From Eledone cirrhosa (lineage: Eukaryota): 64,000 bases of DNA. The position numbers and the translations under genes are program-made. Under the pieces are notes generated by a model. It did no database searches, was not told the DNA's origin, and worked only from the letters and a program-made list of their open reading frames with translations. The stretch is from the NCBI GenBank assembly GCA_964016885.1, contig OZ024742.1:100378001-100442000 (forward strand), written 5' to 3'. Numbering within the stretch: position 1 is the first letter of the stretch; every line of letters starts with the position of its first letter. Of this stretch, positions 30,808 to 45,048 are shown piece by piece.

Positions 30808-31458
30808 ATGGTGGCTGCCAACTCGTTTTCGAGTACGGCCACTACTTTATATCCATGTAGGAGAACCCCTACCGATGCGCTGAACGAGTGTGACTTTTTA
30901 GTCCAGCTAGCGACTTGAAAACTCTGGTACAAAGAGTACACTTGTGACCATTATTGACACATAGTGCAGGGCCATGGTACCATATGATGACAAGTGCAGA
31001 GAGATCTCCAGATATAAAGCAATGCCTGTGCCGTGAAGATTTTATAGTGAGCAAAGGCACTGCACAAAGCCAGTCCCACTCTCTTAACCAAGATGATATT
31101 TACCAAAAAGAAGAACAAGTCAACATCATTGGATACCATCAGGGTTGCAGGTGTTATATCAGAGTTTTCCTTCTCCTAGAATTCTGCCTTGACAAAGGCT
31201 AAGGGGTCATCTCTCCCGGTGATTTTGGATGGCCATTGACTCTTAAGAGCTCCCTTGCCCTTTGACAGGTTTTGTTTTTAGTCCTGCAGGATGTCCAAAG
31301 TCACCCTCCTCACCAAGAAACCTTGGTGAGGATGTCCAAAGTCACCCTCCTCACCAAGAAACCTTGGTGGGGTTGCCAGTTTAGTCGCCAACGACCCGAC
31401 CATTAGACAGGTTGTACTGGGATACATGTTACCAGTAGCACCAACTGGTGACCTGACA
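30808..31458 (-). mobile_element. Non-autonomous RTE-LINE derivative
   Basis: RTE-like 5' motif GGAGAAGGAAAACTCTGA joined to a C-terminal C2H2 (CTLCTRVFKSLAGLKSHTRSAH), with (TATG)n flanks. Confidence 0.7.
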
Positions 31459-31831
31459 TACATACATACATACATACATACATACATACATACATACATA
31501 CATACATACATACACAAGTACAATCCATTAATGGAACAGTAAATATATGTAAAACATTCCAAAAATTTTGCATCTAATAACTGCATATACACATGTACAG
31601 ATACAAAGCATATACACATGCACACATACAACTCAAAACATACACATCCACACATACAATAACATCCATATCTACACATGCATACACACATACATATCTA
31701 CCTAGTTGATGTTGTGTAAATTCCAATGAGAGAGTCTTGTGTCTATGTCAGAAACCGACTCTCTCTCTTTATTGGTAAAACTTTGTGAAATTATAAAACC
31801 AGAAAAACATACATACATACATACAAACATA

Positions 31832-31999
31832 CCGTATTTCCCGGCGTCGAAGGCGCTACTTTTTTCCTAAAAATAAGTCTAAAAAATCTACTATGCGTCC
31901 TGGAGGCCAAAGGTTGTTTATTATTTCTTTCAAAGTTTTGGTTGTCAAAATTAGGGTGCGTCCTCGAGGACGAAGCGTCTTCAGCACCAGTAAATATGG
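31832..31999. mobile_element. pogo/Tigger-like MITE; second copy at 49329-49496
   Basis: TA-CCGTATTTCCCGGCGTCGAAG termini. Confidence 0.8.
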
Positions 32000-32145
32000 T
32001 ATATTACGTCAATACTCATTCTTTTCCATTTTTAGAGGGTTTTTGAACCTCACTATCAGGCTAAAATTTCTTTAGTCAAAAATACGGTGAAAGCTATTTT
32101 TAACGAATTTCAAACCTCGCTCGATGTTTCAAAACATACTTGCTT

Positions 32146-32245
<100 letters not shown>

Positions 32246-32562
32246 AGGAGGTAAGTTTTATTGTAGTACAATAAAGCAATGCAAATATCGGATAAGTAGC
32301 ACTCTACAGTTTGTAGGACTGGAGTATAAATAATATAAGATCAAAAGATGGTTAAAAGAGTTCCAAGTATTTTATTATGCGCATTTCAAAAACAAATATC
32401 ATCATGAGATGACATTTGCGTTTTCGTCAGATAAAATAGGGATACATGATATGAAGGTTAAAAAACACTTGTGAATAGTGAAGTTTTAAATCAACATATC
32501 ATATGTTGATTTAAAACTTCACTATTCACAAGTGTTTTTTAACCTTTAATATCATGTATCCC

Positions 32563-32633
32563 TATTTTATCTGACGAAAACGCAAATGTCATCTCATGAT
32601 GATATTTGTTTTTGAAATGCGCATAATAAAATA
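32563..32633 (+). ncRNA. Canonical minimal hammerhead; mirror copy at 32368-32438 on minus strand
   Basis: TATTTTAT CTGACGA [16-bp stem II] GAAA TGCGCA TA ATAAAATA, within palindrome 32325-32676. Confidence 0.92.
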
Positions 32634-32672
32634 CTTGGAACTCTTTTAACCATCTTTTGATCTTATATTATT

Positions 32673-32703
<31 letters not shown>

Positions 32704-32799
32704 GCATGCTACCATAAATCATCCTGAAAATGTCAGCCATGCAAACTTATTCCACTCCTGTATGTTGTATGCCTTCATTCTGCCGGTGAAAGCAGACAG

Positions 32800-32960
32800 T
32801 TTTCCTACCAACTGGTAGATATGCTGAAAGATGTGTGGTGGACGAGTCTGAAAGGATTGAAGACAAATTCCTCTTCACTCAATGACCTCATCAACATTTC
32901 CAAGTTCCACTTGGAAAAGAAGGTAGGCTGGAAGGAATAGTGAGCGAATCATTTGCCAAT
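32800..32960 (+). pseudogene. Possible L1/Tx1-like ORF2 C-terminal relic
   Basis: Translation KDVWWTSLKGLKT...DLINISKFHLEKKV. Resemblance is from memory only. Confidence 0.35.
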
Positions 32961-33686
32961 GGTGTCTTTGAACGGAGTTATCTCAGATCTATAGAATTAT
33001 TAAATTAACACAGGTTGGTGGTCTCTCTTATTTGAGAACTCTGTTATATACCTTTGTTACCCTTTTTATGTAAATTCCCACTGTCCTTATTATTAAGGCG
33101 GTCGATTGGTAGTATCGGTAGGGCGTCGGACAACATGCTTTGCAGCATGATCTGAGTTCAAATCCCGCCGAGGTTAACTTTGCCTTTCATCCTTACGGGG
33201 TCGATAAAATAAAGTACCAGTAATGCACAGGGATGAATTTAATCGACTTCCCCCTCCCCCAAAATTGCTTGTCTTATGCCTATATAAGAAGCATTTAATG
33301 ATTTCGGCCCTAGTGGCCAATAAAATCATTGCTGCTGTTGCTGCTGCTGTGTTGTTGCGGCTATTGCTGTTCTTGTTGTTGCTTCTGCTGCTGCTGTTGC
33401 TGCTGCTGTTGTTGCTGCTGTTGTTACTGCTATTGCTGCTGCTGTTGTTATTGCTGTTGTTGCTGCTGTTGATGCCGCTGTTGATGCCGATGTTGTTGCC
33501 GTTGCTGCTGCTGTTGCTGCTGCCGTTGCTGCTACACTTGTAGCAACAGTGAATATGCTGATTCGTTAGATAAAATGTTTTACTGTATTTGTTCCAGTTC
33601 CTTACGTTCTGAGTTCAATTTCCCGCCGAGATCAATTTTTACCTTTCATTCTTTCTCCCTTCCTTAGTGCTTGTAATAGTAACAGT

Positions 33687-33977
33687 CAGAGGCCTCGTTT
33701 GCCTTTAAAATGTGAGGGGGACAAACCAACATTTGTTGATTCTTAAAGGAGCATAAATTGCTTATGGTGCCTTTCCCAGATCCTACCACATAAGTAACAT
33801 TTTACGCTACTTAAATTTTATATATTCAAATGAAGTTCAGATACAAAAAAAATAAGTTTTAAAAAAAATTTATTATATCAAATAAAAAAAGAATAAAACA
33901 GACGCGTTTGAAAAAGTGTGTGTTAGGGGGGGGGGGGGGGGGCTTGTCCCCTGGTACCCCCTGAAACAAGGCCCCTG
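33687..33977. mobile_element. hAT-type MITE
   Basis: Termini CAGAGGCCTCGTTT / AAACAAGGCCCCTG. 8-bp TSD GTAACAGT / GTAGCAGT. Confidence 0.75.
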
Positions 33978-34429
33978 GTAGCAGTACTGATAATTTCATA
34001 TTACGATAGACGGGGACTGCCGTTGTGATGAAGCAAGCACTGAGAGAGTATAGTCGCTGTCTTGTTTGTCTGTTTCAGTACTGTTGATGCTGTTAGAAGT
34101 CTTACTCGTGATGGTTGTAGAAAATAAAGATAATACGTATGTAAGAAATTGATACTAATGTCAGTTAGAAAACGTATGTGTCTGTGTTTATCTCTGCGTT
34201 CAATCGAGAAATAATTGAGATAGTAATAAAAACAGTTAGAGCTATCAATTAAAGTTTCTGTAGTTTATTTTTAAAGGATTGGTGTTGTTGACAAAACGAG
34301 AAAGAAGAAAAGGTCAGCTGGTGGTGTGTCGAACAAATGCTCTCTTTTGTTTTTATTTATTCTTTTTGTGCCTACATACAGTTTTAAACATATAAAGCTA
34401 CATTTCCTATAGTGTGTGTGTGTGTGTGT

Positions 34430-34553
<124 letters not shown>

Positions 34554-35537
34554 GTTGGATCTCTGTCTGATCCAACGATGAATGTTCCAGTTCTTCGAAG
34601 AACGGAGTAGCCGGATTAGTCTGTTTCTGAAATTAACCTACTTGTGGCTGAGCATTACACAGGCCTTGGACTTTTGACGTAGTTCTCAGGGAGACTCAGT
34701 GTAACAGTCTGACAAGACTATCTTTTTGAATGACAGACACAACTAATTTTTCCAGCTGTGTGAACTAGAGTAACGTGTAATAGAGTCTTGTTCAAGGACA
34801 CAACGCTCAGCTAGGAATCGAACAGGTGGAGTAGTAGACGTGCCGTAGTGACATAAAATGTGTCGCGGGTATTTTAAACCTGGTGGAACCCATTCCTCGC
34901 TATATCTGAACACAGCCAATTTCTTCCAGAGGAGAGTGAGGAAGTAACAGTGAGATACTGAGGAAGAAATCGCCCTAGTACTGGACTGGTACTTTTTTAT
35001 GAATGATGAAAGGCAAATTGGATCTCGGTGGGATTTGAACTTTGAGTGCAGAAAGACAGAACAAATACAGCAAAGAAAACTATCCGAAGTTCAAACGACT
35101 CTGCCGATTTGCTGTCTCGAGAGCTATGTATTAGAGCTTTACAAATACATAGTCTGCTCCAAACTTGGGGACTCATCAGGCCAGACATTAACCTGGTTTC
35201 ATTGAATTAAGCGACTGCGAGAACAAATTAACCCAGAACGGAGCACCATTCCATCACAGATTTAACCCATGCTGCTGCTCCTGCTACTGCTGCTACTGCT
35301 ACTGCTGCTCCTGTTGCTGCTCCTGTTGCTGTTGCTGCTGCTGTTGCAGCTGCTACTGCTGCTGGTACTCAATTTTAGCTGATTAGACTGGAATAACGCG
35401 ACGTGAATTGTTTTCCTTCAGAACACAGCATTGGACAAAGAAGTGAAACCATGACATCGCGATCGTGAGCCGAAATCCTCAAACACTTCTTAGCGTGCCA
35501 TCACAATGATGTGCCAAATTGTTTTCATGTATATAAT

Positions 35538-35752
35538 GGTTTCTTATATAGGCACAAGGACAGCATATTTTGAGAGAGGGGGGGTCGATTAAATCGACCC
35601 AGTGCATGACTGGTACTTTATTTTATCGACCCCGTAAGGATGAAAGGCAAAGTTAACCTCGGCGGGATTTGAACTCAGATCATAAAGGGCCGTAACTCTA
35701 TGCTGCAAAGCATGGCGTCCGACATTCTAGCGATACTGCCAATCCACCGCCC
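35538..35752 (-). mobile_element. tRNA-derived SINE, full length. Many relatives, e.g. 1-600, 8670-8835, 18030-18230, 25825-25990, 33096-33290, 52545-52715
   Basis: TGGCAGTATCGCTAG A box and GAGTTCAAATCCC B box. Exact 16-bp TSD TTTTCATGTATATAAT. Confidence 0.9.
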
Positions 35753-36096
35753 TTTTCATGTATATAATAACGTCCTTGTATGTTCTGTCTTTAAATTCGC
35801 TGTCGTTCACGATACGATAAACTGAGATATAAGCTAATGTAATAAACATTATGTAATTTATAGTCTGATGAAATCGGATATAACTGTTCTCTAGAAATGT
35901 TAATTAGAGATCAATATATGTAGTGGTATATTGGTTGTTTTAAACACATTAGTCTAACATCTCTCGGCTCTTAACAAATATATACGTTTTAGGGTCATTT
36001 CTTCATGATAGGCTTTATACTGATTACATAATCCTTTGTGTGTCAATGTTTTATGGCACCAACCATTTTAGTCACCTCTTAGAACACGCAGAGATA

Positions 36097-36213
<117 letters not shown>

Positions 36214-36291
36214 CATGTTGTATAAAGCTGTGCTTGAAGCGAAATCCTATTTCTTTTTTATTATAAGTTGAGCCAACTTATGTAGCTTCAT

Positions 36292-36340
36292 ATGCAAATG
36301 AGATTAATCACCTCATTTACATAGACGAGAAAAATATATA
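36292..36340 (+). promoter_or_regulatory. Candidate snRNA-type promoter (octamer, PSE-like TCACC, TATATA)
   Basis: ATGCAAAT at 36292, TCACC at 36308, TATATA at 36335. Confidence 0.45.
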
Positions 36341-36359
36341 TTCTCAGCTGTCTTCTAGA

Positions 36360-36449
36360 CCAGCAGTCGCAAGCGGTGGGAGGCACCGTCCTGACGAATG
36401 CCAGTTAAGCCTCAAATGCATAGACGGTTGTCCCCCTTGCTTCTGCTGG
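36360..36449 (+). ncRNA. Rod-like hairpin RNA containing a hammerhead (GAAA mutated to CAAA)
   Basis: CCAGCAG/CTGCTGG and GCAAG/CTTGC enclose ACCGTC CTGACGA ... CAAA TGCA TA GACGGT. Confidence 0.75.
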
Positions 36450-36764
36450 ACATCCCCAGAGGGCGTTAGCCCCCCGGTGTTTGCATAGCTTTTTGTTCAA
36501 CACTGACACAGGAACGATGTACTATTTTCAAGATTATTAGCTATCGTCAGCATCGTATACCTTCCTGCCAGATGGTTGAACGTCTGAAAGTATATACTTT
36601 CCTTATACATATTAACGGCTGAGCAGCCTAATTTGCATATCGAGTGAGTTTAGTCGGCTGGGCGCATTTAAGTAAGTGCCGTACTAAGGGTGAGAAATGA
36701 AATTTCGTTTCATTCTATTCCATTTATCGTTTTCGGTGCGCCCAGTCGACTGAACTCACTCGAT

Positions 36765-36812
36765 ATGCAAATTAGGCTGCTCAGCCGTTAATATGCATAA
36801 GGAAAGTATATA
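36765..36812 (+). promoter_or_regulatory. Candidate snRNA-type promoter; copies at 57229-57276 and inverted at about 36591-36638
   Basis: ATGCAAAT at 36765, TCAGCC at 36781, TATATA at 36807. Confidence 0.45.
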
Positions 36813-36847
36813 CTTTCAGACATTCAACCATCTAGCAGGAAGGTGTA

Positions 36848-36888
36848 CGATGCTGACGATAGCTAATAAGCTTGAAACTAGTACATCG
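36848..36888 (+). ncRNA. Minimal hammerhead; copies at 36515-36555 (minus) and about 57312-57352
   Basis: CGATG CTGACGA T AGCT AATA AGCT T GAAA CTAG TA CATCG. Stem I is extended by CAGGAA/TTCCTG. Confidence 0.92.
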
Positions 36889-37100
36889 TTCCTGTGTCAG
36901 TGTTGAACAAAAAGGTGACGTGGTTGCCTAAACACTGTACGGCGTAATTCAGGCTGTTTGTTTGTTTACAAACAAACAAACCGAGCATTATAATAAATGT
37001 TCGGTAAACCGATACGTGCATATATATGTGTGCATGTATGTATATATATACATACTACTGTACGTCTGTATACATATATGTATGTACGTATACATACATA

Positions 37101-37169
<69 letters not shown>

Positions 37170-37365
37170 TATATATAACGAAGGAAGTGTGGTAAGGAAC
37201 CAGATGGACCATAACGCACCAGAGTACTCAATACTTAGGGTAGTAGAGTGGGTAATAGGAAAATGTTTAACCCCGACGGCAGAGCTCAAGCCGTTTCGAC
37301 GGCTATTGCTGGAGTCCAGAAATAGCCCTCGAAACGGTTTGAGCTCTGCCGTCGGGGTTAAACAT

Positions 37366-37451
<86 letters not shown>

Positions 37452-37492
37452 GTATGTATATGTATATATGTATATACATATATATATACACA

Positions 37493-37543
<51 letters not shown>

Positions 37544-37987
37544 CGCTAACATAGACAACATAGAAAATAGAATAATATCTAAACATAGGAATGACCCAGC
37601 AGATAGGCAAATCAGAGAGGCCAGTGAAATAGAAATTAGAAGACCAAAGCTAAACAGAAAGAATGAGTGGAACAACAACAACACCCAAACAAACAACACT
37701 GACCTAAGAGAAGTATAAATAAGTAAATAAAATAAAATAAAATAAGATAAATAAATACATACACAAGCAGAATAACAACAAGCACATAAACACACACTAG
37801 TCATCCAGCAGACACAACACTATACACACTAGTCACACAGCAAACATAACACTATACACACACGCAAACGCATGCGCAAAGAAGACAAAATAAAATAAAC
37901 AAACAAGCAAATAAATAAATAAATATATAGACAGACTGAATAAAAAATGGCGTAGACATACAACACAACAGGAGGAAAAAATATAAC

Positions 37988-38028
37988 ACCACTGACGATG
38001 TTGCAGATGTGCAACGAAAGATTTATGT
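37988..38028 (+). ncRNA. Hammerhead in insert 37542-38240 (3' end shared with 7677-7720)
   Basis: CTGACGA T GTTGCA GATG TGCAAC GAAA GATT TA. Stem I is weak. Confidence 0.65.
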
Positions 38029-38297
38029 AAATTATGTAAACTATATATATGTGTTTGTGTCTATATTGTATCTGTATTATTTTTGACCGTCGGTCAGTCA
38101 ATGGCAACATTGAGGACCGAGTAAGTTAGATCGCAGATATAAAAGACAGCGAGAAGCGAAAACCAACCAAACAGTGAGTGTGTTCTGTTATTAATTCTGG
38201 CAATATTACACAAATATGACCCTCCTCAAGTATAACAATATTTGTTTCGACACACGATTTCATATAAAAAACCTCGCTAAACTAATTCATCGCCGCT

Positions 38298-38332
<35 letters not shown>

Positions 38333-38750
38333 CAAATGTATATGTATACACGAACACGTGTGTGTGTGTGTGTAGAAAGTAGAAAGACAAAGATATATCG
38401 TTATACTCATTAACTTTGAAATATCTTAATTTCCTTACTTTTAACAAGAAACTTGCAAGATAAGAAAAATATAAATACGAAAAATGATAAATTACTTGTT
38501 TTTAATTATTGTTAAACAATTATTTTCTTTTATCCAATTTCGTTTAAGAAATTTTTTCTTGCAGACTCTTCAATTTCTTGCTAAGAAAAAAATTAAATGA
38601 AGCTCAAAATTGTATATTTTGTGAGAAAGCAACTCTTAGAAAGATGATGAATAAACAAATAGTTCTTTGTCTTGTTAATCATAGCTTCATATCGCAAATA
38701 GCTCTGAGGAAATCACAAGACAATCGTTCTTAGCCATGCGCGCGCGCGCG

Positions 38751-38819
<69 letters not shown>

Positions 38820-38841
38820 ACGGACATATATAATTATGATG

Positions 38842-38901
<60 letters not shown>

Positions 38902-39643
38902 ATTTAACATTGAAAAAAAAGAAAAAATATATATATGGTGGAGTATGCTTATTCTATTTGTTTCAGGCATTAGACTGCGGCCAGCTTGGGGCACCACATT
39001 ATGGGGATTTAGTCGATCATATTGACTGCCAAACGGTACATAATCGTAAGCGTCGCGCCCACGCAAAAAATAATCCAAAAAACGGACGTCCATATTAATT
39101 CTGTCTACGAAATTTCACTCCTAAGGGATTAGTCAACCCCAAGCTATTGTTAAAACTACTTGCACATGGTACCACGCAGTAGAAGTGAACCCGAAATCAC
39201 AGTCATTCCTAAATCTATCTTTTCTTGGCATGTAAATTTTTGGCTGGCTTTATTTTGGTTCTTGTTCGTTAGGTAGCCCTATTGTTGCCAATTATTGGCT
39301 ATGGTAGTTTTGTTGATATTTGTAGCAATATTATCATCTTAGTGGTTTTCCAAAGAAAGTGAGCGATACAAAGAGAATCTATACTAGTACTAGACTGGTA
39401 TGATAAACATCAACTTCGAAAGGATGAAAGGCAAAGTTGACCACGACGTTATTTGAACTCAATCCGACGTTCTAACTCTGCCAACGCCCGTTCTCTTTTT
39501 ATCTTTCTTTTCTAACGATGGCTGACTAGCAGCAAAATATGTTTTCTGTTCACTTCTTTTATCAGCCCATTTTCCCCTTTTTTTGCCTTCATCTGTCTTT
39601 TTTCTGCTCTCTCCCATAAGTCCACTCTTTTCTCTATCTCTAT

Positions 39644-39680
39644 CTTCCGATGAAGGACAAGCGTCCGAAGCGTTTACAAG
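39644..39680 (+). ncRNA. Degenerate hammerhead relic
   Basis: CCGATGA A GGAC AAGC GTCC GAAG CGTT. Confidence 0.45.
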
Positions 39681-39746
39681 CTCTATACACTATACTAATA
39701 TACTATTATTGTATTATTCTCTTGTACTGTTTTCCTTTAACATTTC

Positions 39747-39813
<67 letters not shown>

Positions 39814-41129
39814 CATACCTATGCTCCAATAATCGAAACACCACAGTGGATTAGGAGAGGAATTCAACATTGTATTCTCGGTTAAGATAACGGAATGGGT
39901 TCTATTCTCACTTTCTGATACATAAAACTCTTCATTGTAGATCACTGAATCAATTAGACACTAACCAATAGAATCATTTTTTCCCCTAACTCGTGACTGA
40001 AGGAACAATTCAGAATAAACTTTTGCATACATCAGCCAATTTCTCATACACCTAGTAACTTTTCCTATCCATCCATCCATCTCTCTCTCAAAACAACCAC
40101 ACTGCTTTTTTTCGTCTACTCTTTCTACTACGTTGTCTTCTTCCTCCTTTTATGTAAAGTGTATTTGTGTGTGTATATATGTGTGTAAGAGAAAGAAAGA
40201 TTATTTAAACATTCCATTAAGCTATTGTCTCAGTGTTAGGAAATCTATCTGTTCTTGCTCACATTACAATTAAAGACATAATATAGCTAAACAACGAGCA
40301 AAGCATAGCAAATATGATTATTTCAACAACAACAAAAAAAAAACTAACTAATTCTAGAAAAGTCTTCAGTCGGAAAACTATTGGAATGATTTCTGGTTAA
40401 TTTAAATAGACTACCTAACTGTCCAAGCTGCTAGCGAAAAATTCCAAGCTTGCGTTTTTTGTTGTTTTTCCGTCCCGGTTTTTACAACTTTGTTTTAATA
40501 CAAAAAGTGGATTTTTCTTTTTAAATTGAAGCCATTTCTTCTCATTCTATTTCAATTCTATCTTTACCCTCTTTTACTTTTTCTTCAAGTCTATTTTTTG
40601 CATTACTTTTGAGAAAAGAAGAAAAAAATTAATCCGATACTGTGGTTTATGTTGTGATGTGTGTGGTTTTTCTAATTTTGTTTGGCTTGTATTTTTTTTT
40701 GTTTTTTGTCTTTTTTTTTTTTGTTTGTTTTCGGAAAATATCTTTTAAGTTATTTTTTTTATATAACGAAGGAATCGAAATTTCGATTACAATAACGTCG
40801 CCATGCAGTTCTTTGGGGATTTTTTAAAGATTTAGATAATTTTTTCGATGTTGTCTTGTTTTGCGCGTGCGTGTTTCGTTGTTGTTAGTGTGGCTGTCCT
40901 CACACTATTGTCATACTATGGTCATTCGTTGCTCAACCGGGGTGAGAAATACATGAATTATATTTTGGAACATTTTAATGGATAATGATATCACTATCAT
41001 GATCATCATCTGATATACTATCATTACAGACACTGTAAATTAAAAATCAACTATGTTTCTAATCTTAAAAACAATAGTTATATGTTCACATTACATTTAC
41101 CTCAAACTTAATATACGCTGTGTTCTAGC

Positions 41130-41261
<132 letters not shown>

Positions 41262-42943
41262 TGAGACAGTAAAAAAAAAAACAACGTGGAAGCGAAGAGG
41301 CAGTACAAATGTTAATATTAGTTTCCCGCTTCAGAGTGTTGGGTGGGGGACGAGTGTGTGTGTGTAAAGTCTGTGTGTCTAGGGTGTTCGGTTAGCAGGT
41401 TAACAATCATAAGGTCATGAGTTCTATTCTCGACTTCCCGCGACACTTTATTTATTTTTTTTTTTTCATGTTGCTCAATTCCAATAATCTGGCACAAATA
41501 AGTTGTACTTCTAATTCAAATGACTAGCTTTATCACACATCGTATGAATCTCCCTGATAACTACGTTAAGGATCTGTGTGTCTTTGGAAGGCCAAGCCAA
41601 TTAATTTTTCAAGCAGGCTGTTTCATGTTTTCCAACAACTGGAACACTCGTCATCTGAACCGACGGAAACTCAACGCATTTATCGTATGTTTATGTTGAT
41701 ATACGTGGAGAACGGCCTTTCCTTTAGGAATAGCTTCAAAATATCTATTATAGTATTGTTTTAAGTTTGAAATAACAATGCGGCTGATTCTATCATCAAC
41801 ATTTCTTGACTTTCACAGTCTCATCTTAACGATGTAATGCGTTGTTGGCATGTTTATCTTCCTCATACATAGTAGGCAAATGTGACTTTTTTGTAGACTT
41901 TATCGTCAGTTCTTCCATTCGTGTATATGTAGTTTGGTTCTATGTATATCTCTTAACAAGCGCTGATATATACACACATGTATATCCACATTTATTGTAG
42001 ATGCACTCTAATATACATACTCATAGTTATCTTATGTATCTAAATATAAGTATGTATATGTAGATAAATGTATTTATGTCTCAACAGTGCGTATCTTACA
42101 CATATGTCCGTATATATGTGTACGTGCATGTGTTACTTTGTCTTGTATTCTTTTCATTTTCGCTTGGACGCCTTACATACGTGCTTATGTGCATACATAA
42201 GCACCTATTTATATTTATACATCCACTTACATTTGTATATATACTATATTCTCCCTCTTTGCTGGTTTGTATCCCTACGTATATATATACGAATGGGTAT
42301 ATAGATAGATATATATATAAGTGAATGTGCATGTATAAATATGTATGGGTGTACTTAGGCACGTACGTATGTAGGTACTTATGTGCGTATGTATATATGA
42401 ATATGTGCATTTGTATGTCCTTATACACACACACTATATATATAGTGTTTGTGTGTGTGTGTGTGTGTACATATATATATATATTACACAGAGACAGAAA
42501 TTGCCATTTATATATATATATGATAGTCCAAGTGAAAAAGGAAAAGCAAGAAAGAAAATATAAAGTAGAGAGAAAGGGTAGAGAGGCTGAAAGAGTAGGT
42601 CTAAGGTGTGAGAATGAAAATTCTATCCTTCAGTATTTCATCGCAACTCAATCAGTTGTTCATGAATTGTAATTTACCTTTAATATACTGGCGGGGTTAG
42701 CCTGAGGCAAAACAGAAGGTTAGGATATACAAATCCACACAGCTTCCAGGTAAAGATCTTTTAAATTAATTTTGTGATCATGCAGTGTCCTCTTGAACAT
42801 CTCAATAACCTCGCTTACATCACAATTCTGCACTCCATCACATTCTCAGAAACCTTCCCAGTTCCCAAGACTAGAACATCATATGAAAAATAAGTGCAAT
42901 CATAAACCTGACTCTCCTTTTCTTTCCTCCTATCGCTCTCATT

Positions 42944-42995
<52 letters not shown>

Positions 42996-43321
42996 TCTCT
43001 CTCTCTCACCCTCTCTCTCTATCTCATGCGTATATGTGTGTGCACACAGACACATATATATATATATATACATACACACATATATATATATATTTATATA
43101 TATATATATAGATGTATATCACGTATAAGTCTTTTTTCGTGTGTGTGTGTATATATATATATATGTGTATACATACACACATACTCACACACACACACAC
43201 ATTTGTGTGTATATATACATGTGTGTGCATGTATGCGTTATGAATAAATGACTATGTATTATATACATGTGTATGTATGCGTGTGTATGTGTGCATGTAT
43301 TAATGCGTATATATGTAGATG

Positions 43322-43722
43322 GGGAGAGATGACCCCTTAGCCTTTGTCAAGGCAGAATTCTAGGAGAAGGAAAACTCTGATATAACACCTGCAACCCTGA
43401 TGGTATCCAATGATGTTCTTCTTTTTGGTAAATATCATCTTGGTTAAGAGAGTGGGACTGGCTTTGTGCAGTGCCTTTGCTCACTATAAAAGCTTCACGA
43501 CACAGGCATTGCTTTATATCTGGAGATCTCTCTGCACTTGTCGTCACATGGTACCATGGGCCCAGCACTATGTGTCAATAATTGTCACAGGTGTAGTGTT
43601 TGTACCAGAGTTTTCAAGTTGCTGGCTGGACTAAAAAGTCACACTCGTTCAGCGCATCGGTAGGGGTTCTCCTACATGGATATAAAGTAGTGGCGGTACT
43701 CGAAAACGAGTTGGCAGCCACC
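43322..43722 (+). mobile_element. 5'-truncated second copy of the RTE derivative
   Basis: Reverse complement of 30810-31217, with an 11-bp TSD ATATGTAGATG. Confidence 0.8.
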
Positions 43723-43998
43723 ATATGTAGATGAGCGTGTGTATCTGAATACATTTGTGTGGATGTGAATCAGTGTGTGAACTCAGGACAATTATGTCAG
43801 TTTAGCTATGTGTGCGTCCATGTGCATTTTATAAGTGTTATCCCCCAAAAAATAAACCATCCTTGAAAACTTCTAAAACATCATGGTGTGCCACTCTACT
43901 TCTTCAGAAATAGCTGTTAATCACCGAGTGGTCACGTCATTCGATATTATTTAGCCATTCTTGTCCACCTAGACTGTTATATATATATATACGTGTGT

Positions 43999-44066
<68 letters not shown>

Positions 44067-44322
44067 GTGCGTGTGCGTGCGTGTGTGTGTGTGTGTGTAT
44101 GCATATATATACATACTGTTCGGCCGACGTTCGTGTGTGTGTCCGCGCGTATATATATATACAAACTGAACCTATCCTGATTCCCCCCCCCTCTCTATAT
44201 ATATATACATATATGTATATATATATGTGCGTATATATATATATATGTATATATATACATATAAATATATATATACATATATATATATACATATAAATAT
44301 ATATATACATATATATATATAC

Positions 44323-44413
<91 letters not shown>

Positions 44414-44440
44414 AGCATATATATATACATATATATATAC

Positions 44441-44485
<45 letters not shown>

Positions 44486-44505
44486 TATATGCATATATAT
44501 GTATA

Positions 44506-44554
<49 letters not shown>

Positions 44555-44926
44555 ATGTATGTATGTATGTATACATATAAATATATATATATACATATAT
44601 ATATATACATATATATATATACATATATATATACATATATGTATATATATAGAGAGAGGGGGGAGAGAAATCAGGATGGGTTCAGTTTGTATATATATAT
44701 ATACGTGCGGACACACACACGAACGTCGGCCGAACAGTTCACAGGCTGATTATAAAGGAGTGATGCTAGGGCTGTGAAATCTTGCATGCATTAATTTCAA
44801 CATTTCTTATTAATTGTTTCTTTCCAGGGACAATGTTGAAAAATCAACCTCATTTTGGTCATTCCATGAGATTATCTTGGTCAGCCTATGAACCTTTCAG
44901 CCGACCCACGCACATATATATATATT

Positions 44927-44991
<65 letters not shown>

Positions 44992-45048
44992 CAATGATAT
45001 TAATAAATGGAAACTAGATTTATAAAATCATATTTATTTTATTATATA

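Noticed and set aside
35860-35907. CTGATGA...GAAA hammerhead-like motif
   Set aside because: Stems I and II pair poorly, so it cannot be separated from chance.
40130-40950. Unique-looking T-rich stretch as a possible UTR or exon
   Set aside because: No ORF or splice evidence. It needs RNA-seq.
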